A stretch of DNA of 64,000 bases, from IMG/VR virus record IMGVR_UViG_3300028549_003662, positions 32,001-96,000 of that record; one strand, written 5' to 3'. The notes beneath the pieces were generated by a model. It was not told the origin of the DNA. It did no database searches and worked only from the letters and a program-made list of their open reading frames with translations. The position numbers were made by a program, and so were the translations under genes. This DNA comes from a virus. Shown piece after piece: positions 1-9,467 of the stretch (its first letter is position 1; every line of letters starts with the position of its first letter).

Positions 1-144
1 ATCGTGATTCGTCTTCTGCTCAGCATTGTCGTTCTCCTTGCGCTTGGCGCCGTACGCACGCAGCGTGGCGCTGTTGATGTCGTCAGTGGCCAGGATGGCG
101 GCGAAGTAGGCGTTGATGGCTTCATGCAGATTAGGCTTGTTCAT
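1..144 (-). CDS. hypothetical protein, runs off the window edge
   Basis: ATG at 144 with GGAGGAG SD, overlapping the MTase stop; frame stays open to position 1 (MNKPNLHEAINAYF...). Confidence 0.6.
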   Translation of the reverse strand, partial: MNKPNLHEAINAYFAAILATDDINSATLRAYGAKRKENDNAEQKTNHD

Positions 145-2527
145 TGCTCCTCCATTCTTGCAGGATGCGCTGTCCGATGAACTCCATGACTTGGCGCACC
201 ATGCTGTTTCCGAGCATGCGGTAGCGATGCCCGTTTGGCATCATCTTGCCCTTCGTCCAGGGCACCAAAGTGAACCCGTCCTCGTAGCCCATCAGGCGCT
301 CACACTCCGTCGGTGTCAGCCTGCGCACACGCAGCCGGTTGCGGAGATCCGCGTAGGATACGATGATGTGCTTCGGAGGGTCGTGGCGTTCGTCCCAGCC
401 ATTCAGGTACGCCGCCAGGTCGGTCTCTGTAAACGTGGGGGCCTCTGCGGCGCTGTGAGGGTTCGTACCCTTCACGTAAGCGATGGCTGTCGGGTTCTTC
501 GCCCCCAGGGCGGGGCAGATGTTCTCAGCGGCCGCATATTGTGTCGAGCTCATGTTGCCGGGGAAGGCCACCAGCAACGTGCCGGCCTCGAAGTCGCCGG
601 GGTTGTGGGTGCCGCGGTTGGTTGTGAGAGCCGGTGTTACGTCGATAGGCCCTTGGGTGTTATTTCCTCCGAAGGCGAGTGTGCGCCCGACACAACCGTC
701 AGTGCCAAGTCCAGCAGCGTCGGAAGCTGCTTTTCTGCTGTGCTCGCGCGATGGAGGATTCCCGCACAGGCCTTCGGGCTCAAATAGAATTCTTCGGGGG
801 TCGCATCCTCCGCTTCTAGGACAGCCCACAACGAACACACGCGAGCGTCGCTGGGCGACACCGAACCATTGTGCGTCGAGAACTCTCCAGGCAATAATCC
901 TTTTGGGTCCGACAACCCACCCCGCAGGCGGCCACTTTGGAACATGGCAGGCGCGTTTCTTGTCCCACTTCCAGAACTGCGAGCTCTTGCCTTCTGCGGG
1001 CCGGTCTCCGGGAGTGGCGGGGTCGTCGTCCCCAGCGAGGTATCCGATGAGGCATCCGAATGCGTTGGTGTGGTCGCTGAGCACGCCGGGGACGTTCTCC
1101 CACACGAACGCTCCGGGGTCGATTTCGTCAGCGAGCCTGACGTAGTGCAGGGTGAGGTTTCCTCTTGCGTCGTGGAGGCCTTGCCGCAGTCCCGCTTTGC
1201 TGTAGGACTGACAATTGTGAACAACGATAGCATCGGCGACATACGAGTTGTCTTCTTCGACTTCAAAGTTGTACACCTCCTTAACTTCGTTTGTTTCGAA
1301 AACACTGCGAACTTTACCCCACATGAACTGCTGTGACACAAAAGCGCTACGCGACTTTTCGTACATAGACACAGAGTATAGCGGCTTTTCGTTAACAGCG
1401 CGACCCTCTATAAGAAGCCTTCTCTTAGGGTAGCTTAGTACCACTGTGGTACTTACTCCGAGAGACGCAGCGATAAGGCGGACTCCTACAACCAAAGATT
1501 TGTTAACTGTGGCTATTTTACGAACAGTACCTCCGCCACATTTTTGTATTCCGACGCACCCATCAGCGAATAGATAGCCGTCGAGGAAGGCTCTTTTGTT
1601 CTCTTCTGACTCTCCGAAAAGCCACGCCGGTATTGTCTTGCCGGAGCACCCTTTACCGAAGTTGTCTACGAGCCAACGTGTAAGTGGTTTGGAACTTATT
1701 TGAAAACGTACAGTTGTACGTTCTTGTGAAACGCTGGCGTGCAATCCTGTAGCCGCTATGCGCTCAGCTAAGTAGTGCTGGTCTTTCTTGTTTCCGCAAA
1801 TGCACACGTAACCTGACGTTTGCCCTTCTGGGCGTTTACTACGTTGCGCATCGCGCACCCACCCGTCGCCTACCCACGCCCCGACAAGCCAAAAGAAGTC
1901 TTTCCCTAAGCTCGTAGGCATGTTTCGGCCTTCGTGGTTGCGCGTGTCGTCTATTTGCGGCGTACCTACTTCAGAGACCGCAGTAGGTGTCGCCCAGAAA
2001 CGACCAAGCATGTCTCCTGCGTTGGCCCATTCTGGATCTGAAACTATTTTGTAGTTGAGCGTCTTACCTGCGCGGCTTGTGGCGCTGAACTTTTTAGTAC
2101 GACTCCAGAATGGGTGCTCCCGTGTTGTTTCTAGCCCGTTGTGACCCTGGCCGCGCAGAATTACTGTTGGCGCGTTTTTACGCATCGTGGCAGTTACTTT
2201 GCGCCATCTGTTTTTATGCGTAAGCACCTCATCACCTACGACTACCGATTCGATAGGTACTAGCCCGCGTTTGGCGAGTATGAGTGTCCCCGCAACGAAA
2301 CAGGGAGTGCCACCAACGAGAACATCGACAAGGCCACGATACGCTCTCCCGTCGATCTCGGTCATGTCGCCGAGGTTAGGTGTTGCTGTGTAGCGGTGCC
2401 GGAGCACAGCGCATGGCGCGGCTTCTATCTCAGAAAACGCCACGGCTGTGAAGTCCGGTTCCTTCCAGGCCGCGCTCGCGCAGTCGATGCCGCTGCACAC
2501 GGAGAGGAAGCGTAACGGGTCCATCAC
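131..2527 (-). CDS. DNA (cytosine-5)-methyltransferase, intein-containing
   Basis: C5-MTase motifs in order: I (LSVCSGI), II (SEIE), IV (GGTP|CQSYS after intein removal), VI (ENVPG), VIII (QRRSRVFVVG), IX (RRLTPTECERLMG), X (RYRMLGNS). Confidence 0.95.
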   Translation of the reverse strand: MMDPLRFLSVCSGIDCASAAWKEPDFTAVAFSEIEAAPCAVLRHRYTATPNLGDMTEIDGRAYRGLVDVLVGGTPCFVAGTLILAKRGLVPIESVVVGDEVLTHKNRWRKVTATMRKNAPTVILRGQGHNGLETTREHPFWSRTKKFSATSRAGKTLNYKIVSDPEWANAGDMLGRFWATPTAVSEVGTPQIDDTRNHEGRNMPTSLGKDFFWLVGAWVGDGWVRDAQRSKRPEGQTSGYVCICGNKKDQHYLAERIAATGLHASVSQERTTVRFQISSKPLTRWLVDNFGKGCSGKTIPAWLFGESEENKRAFLDGYLFADGCVGIQKCGGGTVRKIATVNKSLVVGVRLIAASLGVSTTVVLSYPKRRLLIEGRAVNEKPLYSVSMYEKSRSAFVSQQFMWGKVRSVFETNEVKEVYNFEVEEDNSYVADAIVVHNCQSYSKAGLRQGLHDARGNLTLHYVRLADEIDPGAFVWENVPGVLSDHTNAFGCLIGYLAGDDDPATPGDRPAEGKSSQFWKWDKKRACHVPKWPPAGWVVGPKRIIAWRVLDAQWFGVAQRRSRVFVVGCPRSGGCDPRRILFEPEGLCGNPPSREHSRKAASDAAGLGTDGCVGRTLAFGGNNTQGPIDVTPALTTNRGTHNPGDFEAGTLLVAFPGNMSSTQYAAAENICPALGAKNPTAIAYVKGTNPHSAAEAPTFTETDLAAYLNGWDERHDPPKHIIVSYADLRNRLRVRRLTPTECERLMGYEDGFTLVPWTKGKMMPNGHRYRMLGNSMVRQVMEFIGQRILQEWRSNEQA
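1214..2302 (-). mobile_element. intein (363 aa) with LAGLIDADG homing endonuclease, in the C5-MTase
   Basis: Starts CFVAGTLI (block A); TREHPFW (block B); two LAGLIDADG motifs (WLVGAWVGDGW, FLDGYLFADG); ends VYNFEVEEDNSYVADAIVVHN before Cys+1; visibly more AT-rich than the flanks. Confidence 0.95.
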
Positions 2528-2735
2528 ACCCCCAGTTCGTGGCCGTGCTCGATGAGCTCATCAGCGACATCAGAAGAAGTCATGCCGTGATAGCAGTGCC
2601 GTGACGCCCAATCACGAAGGCGGGCGTTGCGCGCCCGCTCGGTGTCGTAGCGCTTGGCTTCCTTCTCGTTCTCGAACACCTTTTCGTCCGCCGTTTTGTA
2701 GGCGGTTATTACTGCGATACCCATGTCGGTCCCCC

Positions 2736-3185
2736 TTAGAGCAGTTTTGCTGTGCTCAGCCATTTCGCAGGGCCTTCGGCGATGATCTCCTCGGCGAGTT
2801 CGAAGTCCTCGACGAATTGTCCGATGAGCTCTTGCGCGTACTTCAGCCACCGCTTCGGCGGGCTGGTCTTGCGGATGGCGCAGCGCACCGCCCACTCCAT
2901 CGTGACGGCCTCGCGCCAGCCCTTGATGAGGTCGTAGAGGCCTTTCGGCCCCTGGCGCTCACGCTCCCAGAACCATGTAAGGCTCACCGAGGAGCTTGCA
3001 CCGGCGCCGGCGTTACCGACACGAATGCGTGTCGACTCCATCAGCATGACGATGCGGTCATCGGGCAGGATGGCCAGCAGCCCGTCCTCGGTACGCTCAA
3101 GTTCTTCAGGCTGCGGTGGGTAGCCGTACTTGTCGATGATGCTGCGCTGTAACTTATCGTCGGTCACTTCTTCTTTCGTTATCAT
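2736..3185 (-). CDS. hypothetical protein
   Basis: ORF with GGAGG SD, tiles with neighbours. Confidence 0.65.
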   Translation of the reverse strand: MITKEEVTDDKLQRSIIDKYGYPPQPEELERTEDGLLAILPDDRIVMLMESTRIRVGNAGAGASSSVSLTWFWERERQGPKGLYDLIKGWREAVTMEWAVRCAIRKTSPPKRWLKYAQELIGQFVEDFELAEEIIAEGPAKWLSTAKLL

Positions 3186-3575
3186 GGTACCTCCGGGGGT
3201 TAGTACTCATCTTCGATCCGTATGGCGGGGAACACCCCGTGCATGTGCTGTGTCTGGTAGTTGTTTTCCGCGCAGGATTCAGACACTGCGCGGAGAGTGG
3301 CGTTGGCGATGTCCTGCATCTTCGTGGCGTGCCGGATCTGTGCGCGCTTGCGTGCCCTGAGACTTTCCAGGGCTTCTTCCGGCGTCGGGTAGGCGTACCG
3401 CTTACGTGCGGTCTTGCTCACCCAGACGTGGCACTCGCTGCTTTCCATCCAGTGGCTCAGCCACTACCCCTTGGGGGTCTCGCGCACCATGTAGTATCGC
3501 GTCATGTACACCTTCACGCTGCCATCAGTTAACGATACCGCATCGAAGCGGTAGAAGAGATCACCAACAGCTACG

Positions 3576-4022
3576 TCAGGCATTGCAGTCATCCTCCGTC
3601 GGTTTGCTGGCCATGTGCAGGGACGCCAGCACCTTGGCGATGTCGCCCTTGCTGAACAGGCTGCAATCCGTCATCATGTTCATGTAGGCGCTGAAGTAGG
3701 GTTCGAGTGCCCTGGGGTCGCGCTTGCAGCAGGAGACGATAACGTCCGAGACTTCGCGCTCCACGTCCGTTGTGCCGTTCTTGGAAGGCCTGGCATCTTC
3801 GAAGACAGGGAACGAGAACTCCGCGCACGTCTTGCGCCGGATATCGTCTCCCGGAATGATCTTCATGCATGAGGTGGCATACGAGCAGTTCACGCACACC
3901 CTGGCGGTGCGCATCAGCTTGTCGAAGTCCTCGCACATCATGGCTTCCGGTGTGTCACTCTCCTTGACAACAGCACACAATGAGAAATTGCAGCAGTTGC
4001 CGCATTTGCGCTCCTCACTCAT
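3576..4022 (-). CDS. Cys-rich hypothetical protein (duplicated CxNC-x4-C metal-binding motif)
   Basis: KCGNCCNFSLC...CEDF and VCVNCSYATSC...CAEF. Confidence 0.6.
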   Translation of the reverse strand: MSEERKCGNCCNFSLCAVVKESDTPEAMMCEDFDKLMRTARVCVNCSYATSCMKIIPGDDIRRKTCAEFSFPVFEDARPSKNGTTDVEREVSDVIVSCCKRDPRALEPYFSAYMNMMTDCSLFSKGDIAKVLASLHMASKPTEDDCNA

Positions 4023-4296
4023 GGCAGCTACCGTCCTTCCACGTGGCCATCAAGGCGGCCCGTTACCAACCATGCGGTCATGTACCGCATGAGCTCCTCG
4101 ACCTCAGCGGCGTCGAGGTGGTGGTCGCCCAGCCAGAGGCGGCTGCTTCCGGGGATGTCGTCGTGCCGGGAAGTCCCGTCACACGCCGACGACTCCTTGA
4201 TGATGGTGATGTCGCAGGGCTTGCCCATATGCGAGATGGGGTTTGTGACGTAGTTGAATCCGCGGTCGGTCTTTCTGAGCTTCATTGCGTGCTCCT

Positions 4297-4620
4297 TCAG
4301 TACGGCGCCTTGGCGCCGGGGTAGATGTTCTTGCAGTTCATCGGAATCGCCGAGTGCACGTAATTCTTTGTATGCCCGTGGTCGGTGTAACCGTTTTCGT
4401 CGGTGGTCCGGTAGGTGATGATGGTGTCGACGACCGGCGTCAACACCTGCGTGAGCTCACCCTTGTCGTTAATCAGGAACTGCATTCCGTACACGCACAC
4501 AGCGCGTATGGTGCGCTGCGAGTCCTTGTACACGATTGTTGCGTCGTCATCAGCGGCGTACCCGAAGGAGTAGATGAGGCAGATGACGATGGCGATAAGC
4601 GTGGCGATGAAGTAACGCAT
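4297..4620 (-). CDS. secreted/membrane-anchored hypothetical protein
   Basis: Likely start MRYFIATLIAIVICLIYSFGYAA (signal-peptide-like) with AGGAGG SD. Confidence 0.6.
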   Translation of the reverse strand: MRYFIATLIAIVICLIYSFGYAADDDATIVYKDSQRTIRAVCVYGMQFLINDKGELTQVLTPVVDTIITYRTTDENGYTDHGHTKNYVHSAIPMNCKNIYPGAKAPY

Positions 4621-5171
4621 TATGCATCCTCCTTTTCTGTTTTGAACTTCAACTCCGGTATGACATCCTGTTCCCAACCACGTACCGTCGACACGTGGAT
4701 GCTCTGCGTGGTCGTGATGACTACGACGTGGCCGCACCAGTACGGGTTCTCCGTGCAGTCGCGGATGAACTTGAGGGCCTTGGCGGGGTCTGTAGTGCGC
4801 CCGGCGAAGTCCTGATGCGTTCCGCGCGGATCGCCGTCCTCGGATTCAGCATCATACATGATGAACCACGCATCATCGGCGTACACTTTCCGCACACGAT
4901 GTTGCTGCGCATCACGTAGTTGCTTCAGCATCTCCTCGGTGTGCACGAATATGGCGTACACATTCCCCGCGTTGTCTTGCAGCGCGCACTCGCTGACATC
5001 GAAGGTGCGTCCGTGCAGCTTCTCGAAGTGCAGCATCATGTCGTTGACTTGGTGCTCGAACATCACTGCCGTGAACTTTTTGGTCAGGCTGTTGAAGCAC
5101 GGCCGGTGGACGTCAACTACATATGTGGCGTCGGAATGCTCTTTCACGTAGGACTTTAGGCGGTATCCCAT
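4620..5171 (-). CDS. hypothetical protein
   Basis: ORF with GGAGGAG SD, tiles with neighbours. Confidence 0.65.
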   Translation of the reverse strand: MGYRLKSYVKEHSDATYVVDVHRPCFNSLTKKFTAVMFEHQVNDMMLHFEKLHGRTFDVSECALQDNAGNVYAIFVHTEEMLKQLRDAQQHRVRKVYADDAWFIMYDAESEDGDPRGTHQDFAGRTTDPAKALKFIRDCTENPYWCGHVVVITTTQSIHVSTVRGWEQDVIPELKFKTEKEDA

Positions 5172-7449
5172 CGCTCCTCCTTTTCTTCAGGGTAGTGCGT
5201 ATCCAGCCACTCCTCTATGTTTTGGAGACAGATGTTCATTGCGGCGCGGTGTTTGCGCGCTGAGGTATGCGGGTAGCGGTCCTTGATTGCGTTCATGGCG
5301 TCGCACATCTCCTGTGAAGGCGGCGAGCTGAGGATGTTGATATCACGCAGACGCGTTTGGCTTTCGTAGAATGCGCAGAACTCGCTGTCGTTTTTGCGAT
5401 GCTCAGCTATGCGATTCGCTAGGTGCTGCACGCTTTTTTGGTGCTCCGTCGCTTTTATCAGTGCACGCCCGGCATGGCGCAGAGCATCCTGTAGCCGCAG
5501 CCTCTTGTTTCGCGCCGAGATGACGTGCAACAAGTAGGCTACCGCTGCGATGCCCAACACAATGAGCGCGATAACTTTTGCGGCGGCCATCACAACACCT
5601 TACTGAGCGCCTTGAACCAGCAGTCCACAGCCATCTCCGGTTCTTGACTGCAAAAGGCGTCACCGTGCTCGCATGACGCGCTGTGTGTGCGCGGGCAACC
5701 ACGGATACTGGCCATCGTGACCGCGGCGTCGCGCAGTCGCCGCATCTGCCCCGCTTTCTTAGCATCTGCGCAGCCGGGCAACGCCGTGTATATGAGATGC
5801 CCAAAGTTCGCGTTCGTGGGGTAGAGGAGGTACTTCGCTGCGGCGTCAGCGGCCGGATGCGCTATGTACTCCACGACTTTCTCCGGCGGCGGGGCCTCGT
5901 AGTTGCGCAGCGCATCGGCGTTGCGAACCAGCCGGGCAGCGACGGCCTCCAGCAATCCGGCGCTGCATTTATTCCCGAACTTCTCAAGGGCCTTGGCCAT
6001 GTCGTACGAGGACATGCGGTTGTAGTCGTTGCTCATTGCTCCTCCAGGTGCAGGGCACCGATGTGTGTAGTGGTGCGCATGACGAGTTGGTTGGCCAGCT
6101 TTTCACCGAAGCGCTTCTTCATCGCGGTGACGACCCGGCGCATGTCCGACGTGATGTCGTCGCCGTATTCCTTCGACGGCGCGGTGGCGCGGAGCTCGCG
6201 CAACTCAGCGAGCCTCGCGACCTGGCTGGCCAACCAGCGCAGGTCGTTGTCCTGGGCCTTGCGGTAGGTGCGTTCGAGGTCAGCAGCTTTCATCGGCGTC
6301 CTCCGCGATTACGCGGCCGTTGAAGTAGCTCGCCAGGGTGGTGCAGGAGCGTTCCTCTTTAGGCAACAGGTTGCACGTGAAGAAGACGTCGATGTGCCCA
6401 TCACAGTCTTCAATGACCTCGATGAGTTTCTCCGGGTGCTTGCACGACATCTTGATGGCGACGTCGTGGTATTCGCCGAGGCGCTTGATGAGTTCCGGGA
6501 TCGCGGCAGGCGGGGTTCCGAGCTTGCCGTCCATCCACATGAGGGCCTCTTCGAGACTGCGCTGGTGGGTGCAGCCGCTGCGGCCGGTCTTGTTCAGCCA
6601 CGCGTTGACGTTCCTGGCGGCGCAGATGAGGTGCTCGACCTTCTCCAGGAAGCGCTTCACCGGCACGGCGCCGTTCCACGTAGCGGGTTCGCCCTTGGCG
6701 CCGGAGATGAGCTGGTAGATCTCATGCACCGTCGAGGAGTGGCAGCGCGCCTCCCCGGAGTGGATCTGCGCTTCCAGCTTCAGGCGCTCGGTGAGGTCGC
6801 GCAGCTTTTCGTTCTCGGCCAGCAGGGCGCAGACACGCTGCTCGACCTCGTTGAGGTCGACGGTGATGAGCCCGGTAGCGGTGTCGTAGCTGACGTTGAC
6901 GTGGGTATCGGAAAGGCTCTCGCAGAGCATGGAGCCTTGGCGGCGAGTGGTGCGTCTCATATCTTCTCGACCTCCTTGAGGATGGTGGTTACGGCTGCGG
7001 TGTTGCCGGCGCGGGCCTGAGAGGATGCGGCGGCGATGTGCCCGCGTATTCTTCCCAACTTTTCCAGTACGACCCCCAGGCTGGCGCGGGAGTCGTCGAT
7101 GTCGCGTTGCATGTTCTTTTCGCGGTGCTGGTAGTTGCGAACGTGCGAGCGCATGCGGCTGATGTCCCTGAAGGCGGCTTCGAGGGCCTTGTAGAGCGCG
7201 GGCGAGCACATGTAGTCGCTGTCCGCGATGGTCACGCTCTCTGATGTGGCGTCGTGGAGTTCGCGGCGCATGTGCGCGATCTCGTTGCAAAGCTCCCGCA
7301 GGTAGCCGGGGCGCTTGATGTGCGCGATGTCGGCGGCCTCAATGCTCTCGCCGTTGTTGGTGTACACGTGCTTGCCGTCCTCAGACACGCGGTGGATGAT
7401 GACGACGCGGCGCTCGGATATCTGCAAGGCGATGTCGTCACGTATGAAC

Positions 7450-8124
7450 TCAGCGGTCATGTTCACGCTCCTCTATGCGCAGCGCGTCAAGCGCGCTTTG
7501 GAAGGCTTCGTCAGTGGCCTTGGAGAGCTCGGCGCGCACGCCAGGGATGTCGTAGACGCTCTTGAGCATGAGCTCCAGTATAAGCACCCGACGCTCCGCG
7601 ACGTGCCGGGCGTCCATCTCCGCGATCATGCGCAGAAGGTCAGGGTGCTCGACGGCATAAATGATGTTGTCGAGCTTGCTGATGATGTATCTCTGCGCGG
7701 CGATGGTCTGATCGCGCTTCGCCACAGCATCTTTCTGGCAGATGATCTCGGCGCGCAGAGCGGCCATGTGATCTCCGAGAGAGGCAACATAGCCCATGAG
7801 CTCACGCATGTTTTCGTGTGCAATGGCGCAGAAGGCAGCATGGTAGTTGCTGTCGAACTCCACGGGGTTGTGTCCGGGGATGGTGAGCATCCCGTCGGTT
7901 TTGTCGGCCGCCCACCCCTGCGAGGGGCAGTTGTTCCAGGCCCGCCAGACCTGTCGCAGCGCATCAGGAGCGTCCGGCATGGCGGTAAAACGGTCCTCGT
8001 GGGCCTTGCACGCTGCGTGCGCATCTTGCAGCGCTTGCTCGCCAGCATCGTCGGTCCAGTCATGGCCGGGGATGGCCAGTGCAAGCATGTTCTTCATCGC
8101 CATGTAGAGCTTGTGTGCGCTCAT
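7450..8124 (-). CDS. hypothetical protein (coiled-coil C-terminus)
   Basis: ATGA overlap with upstream gene, SD present. Confidence 0.65.
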   Translation of the reverse strand: MSAHKLYMAMKNMLALAIPGHDWTDDAGEQALQDAHAACKAHEDRFTAMPDAPDALRQVWRAWNNCPSQGWAADKTDGMLTIPGHNPVEFDSNYHAAFCAIAHENMRELMGYVASLGDHMAALRAEIICQKDAVAKRDQTIAAQRYIISKLDNIIYAVEHPDLLRMIAEMDARHVAERRVLILELMLKSVYDIPGVRAELSKATDEAFQSALDALRIEEREHDR

Positions 8125-8546
8125 TGTTCCTCCGTCACGGCTTCTTCGCCGAGCTTGGTGAATTTTACCACGAACTCCGAGTACTCGCGGCAGAACACGC
8201 GGCCCGTGCGGTCCATGTACACCGCCATGCGCTGCCCGTCCTGTGCGTTCGTGGCGTTGGTGGCCTCCGTGTACAGGACCACGTAGAGCTTCTTGTTCTT
8301 GTCGTTGCGGTAGATGTTGTCGCTCACCAGTTTCTCCCCGCGCAGCACGCGCTTGTAGCGGTCCAGTTCAACTTGCAGCGCAGCGCCCGCGCCGTTCTCG
8401 CCGCGAATGTGCGCCCACACCTTGCGGAGCAGCACCTGCACATCGCGGACACGCATGAGGCCACCGCCAGGGCTCTTGTGGAGGGCCATCTGGCCCTGAT
8501 CGCCAAGAGAGTACTGAAACTGCTTGATGAGTGCTTTGTTGCTCAT
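8121..8546 (-). CDS. DUF1653-like domain protein
   Basis: C-terminal IYRNDKNKKLYVVLYTEATNAT...MAVYMD...VFCREYSEFVVKF pattern; start reassigned to MSNKAL. Confidence 0.6.
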   Translation of the reverse strand: MSNKALIKQFQYSLGDQGQMALHKSPGGGLMRVRDVQVLLRKVWAHIRGENGAGAALQVELDRYKRVLRGEKLVSDNIYRNDKNKKLYVVLYTEATNATNAQDGQRMAVYMDRTGRVFCREYSEFVVKFTKLGEEAVTEEQ

Positions 8547-9269
8547 TCCGGCATCTCCTTGACGTACTGAAGGAGTTCCGCAGCCAGGGCCGCCATGTCC
8601 TCCCGGCACCCCGACAGCGGCGGCGTGTTCGGCGGCGTCGCCCACTGGCGGATGCCGTCAATGCTGACGGCCTCTTGGTACTGGATGCACACCATGCCAC
8701 CGTCGTTCTCGGAGATGCGGTAGCGGTAGTCGGGCAGCGTGATGAAGGACTCGCGGTAGACTTCAGGAGTGGCCATGCTAGCCCTCCTGCGTCGCAGCGA
8801 TGCGGGCGTCGATCACCAGCAGCTCTTCAGCGAACTCTCGCGTCTTCACCATCCGCAGGTGCTCCAGCGCCAGCGCTTCTTCATCGTAGAACCGCATGCC
8901 CCTGCGGCTGTCAGGGTGCTCCCACCGCTGTTCAGGAAACCATGTGTTTCGTTCCTCGCTGAAGTGCCTGACGCCTTCGCGGCATATCAGGTGCTTGGAG
9001 ACACGGCCGGTGTGGATGTTGATGGTGTAGCGCGTGACCGCCAATTCCGGCGGGACGCCGCCGAAGTGTTCCGATCCGAAGCTCTCCGAGTCAGCGTAGG
9101 TGGGGAAGCGCAGCGCACGGTGCAGCGCAAGCTCGTGCTCGACGCGTTCCAGTTCGGCACGCTCCTTCTTTGTCATCGCCATGATGACCTCCTGTGGGGT
9201 TAGTGTTTCGACACGCCGTATCCTTACGGTGTTTTTGTGCTGTTGTCTACAACATTCTCGTATGCTTTT

Positions 9270-9467
9270 TTACATCCGAGGCGTGAAGGCTCCGACGTCG
9301 GCCTCGTGACTGCAAGCGCGGCACCGGCAGGGGTCGCCGGGCAGGGGCTCGTAGGGATCGTTGGAGAGGCCGATGCCGGGGCCGTTGTAGTAGACGTTCA
9401 CCGTCATGGTGATTTCGATATGGCCGTTCTCACCATCGTTTCCGCAGTTCGGGCACACATAAGGCAT
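9270..9467 (-). CDS. small Zn-ribbon protein (paralog family)
   Basis: CPNCGNDG ... CRCRAC. Confidence 0.65.
   Translation of the reverse strand: MPYVCPNCGNDGENGHIEITMTVNVYYNGPGIGLSNDPYEPLPGDPCRCRACSHEADVGAFTPRM

Noticed and set aside
6280-6960. LEEALMWM resembling the Tad1 C-terminal motif
   Set aside because: The rest of the Tad1 pattern is absent; the match is too short.
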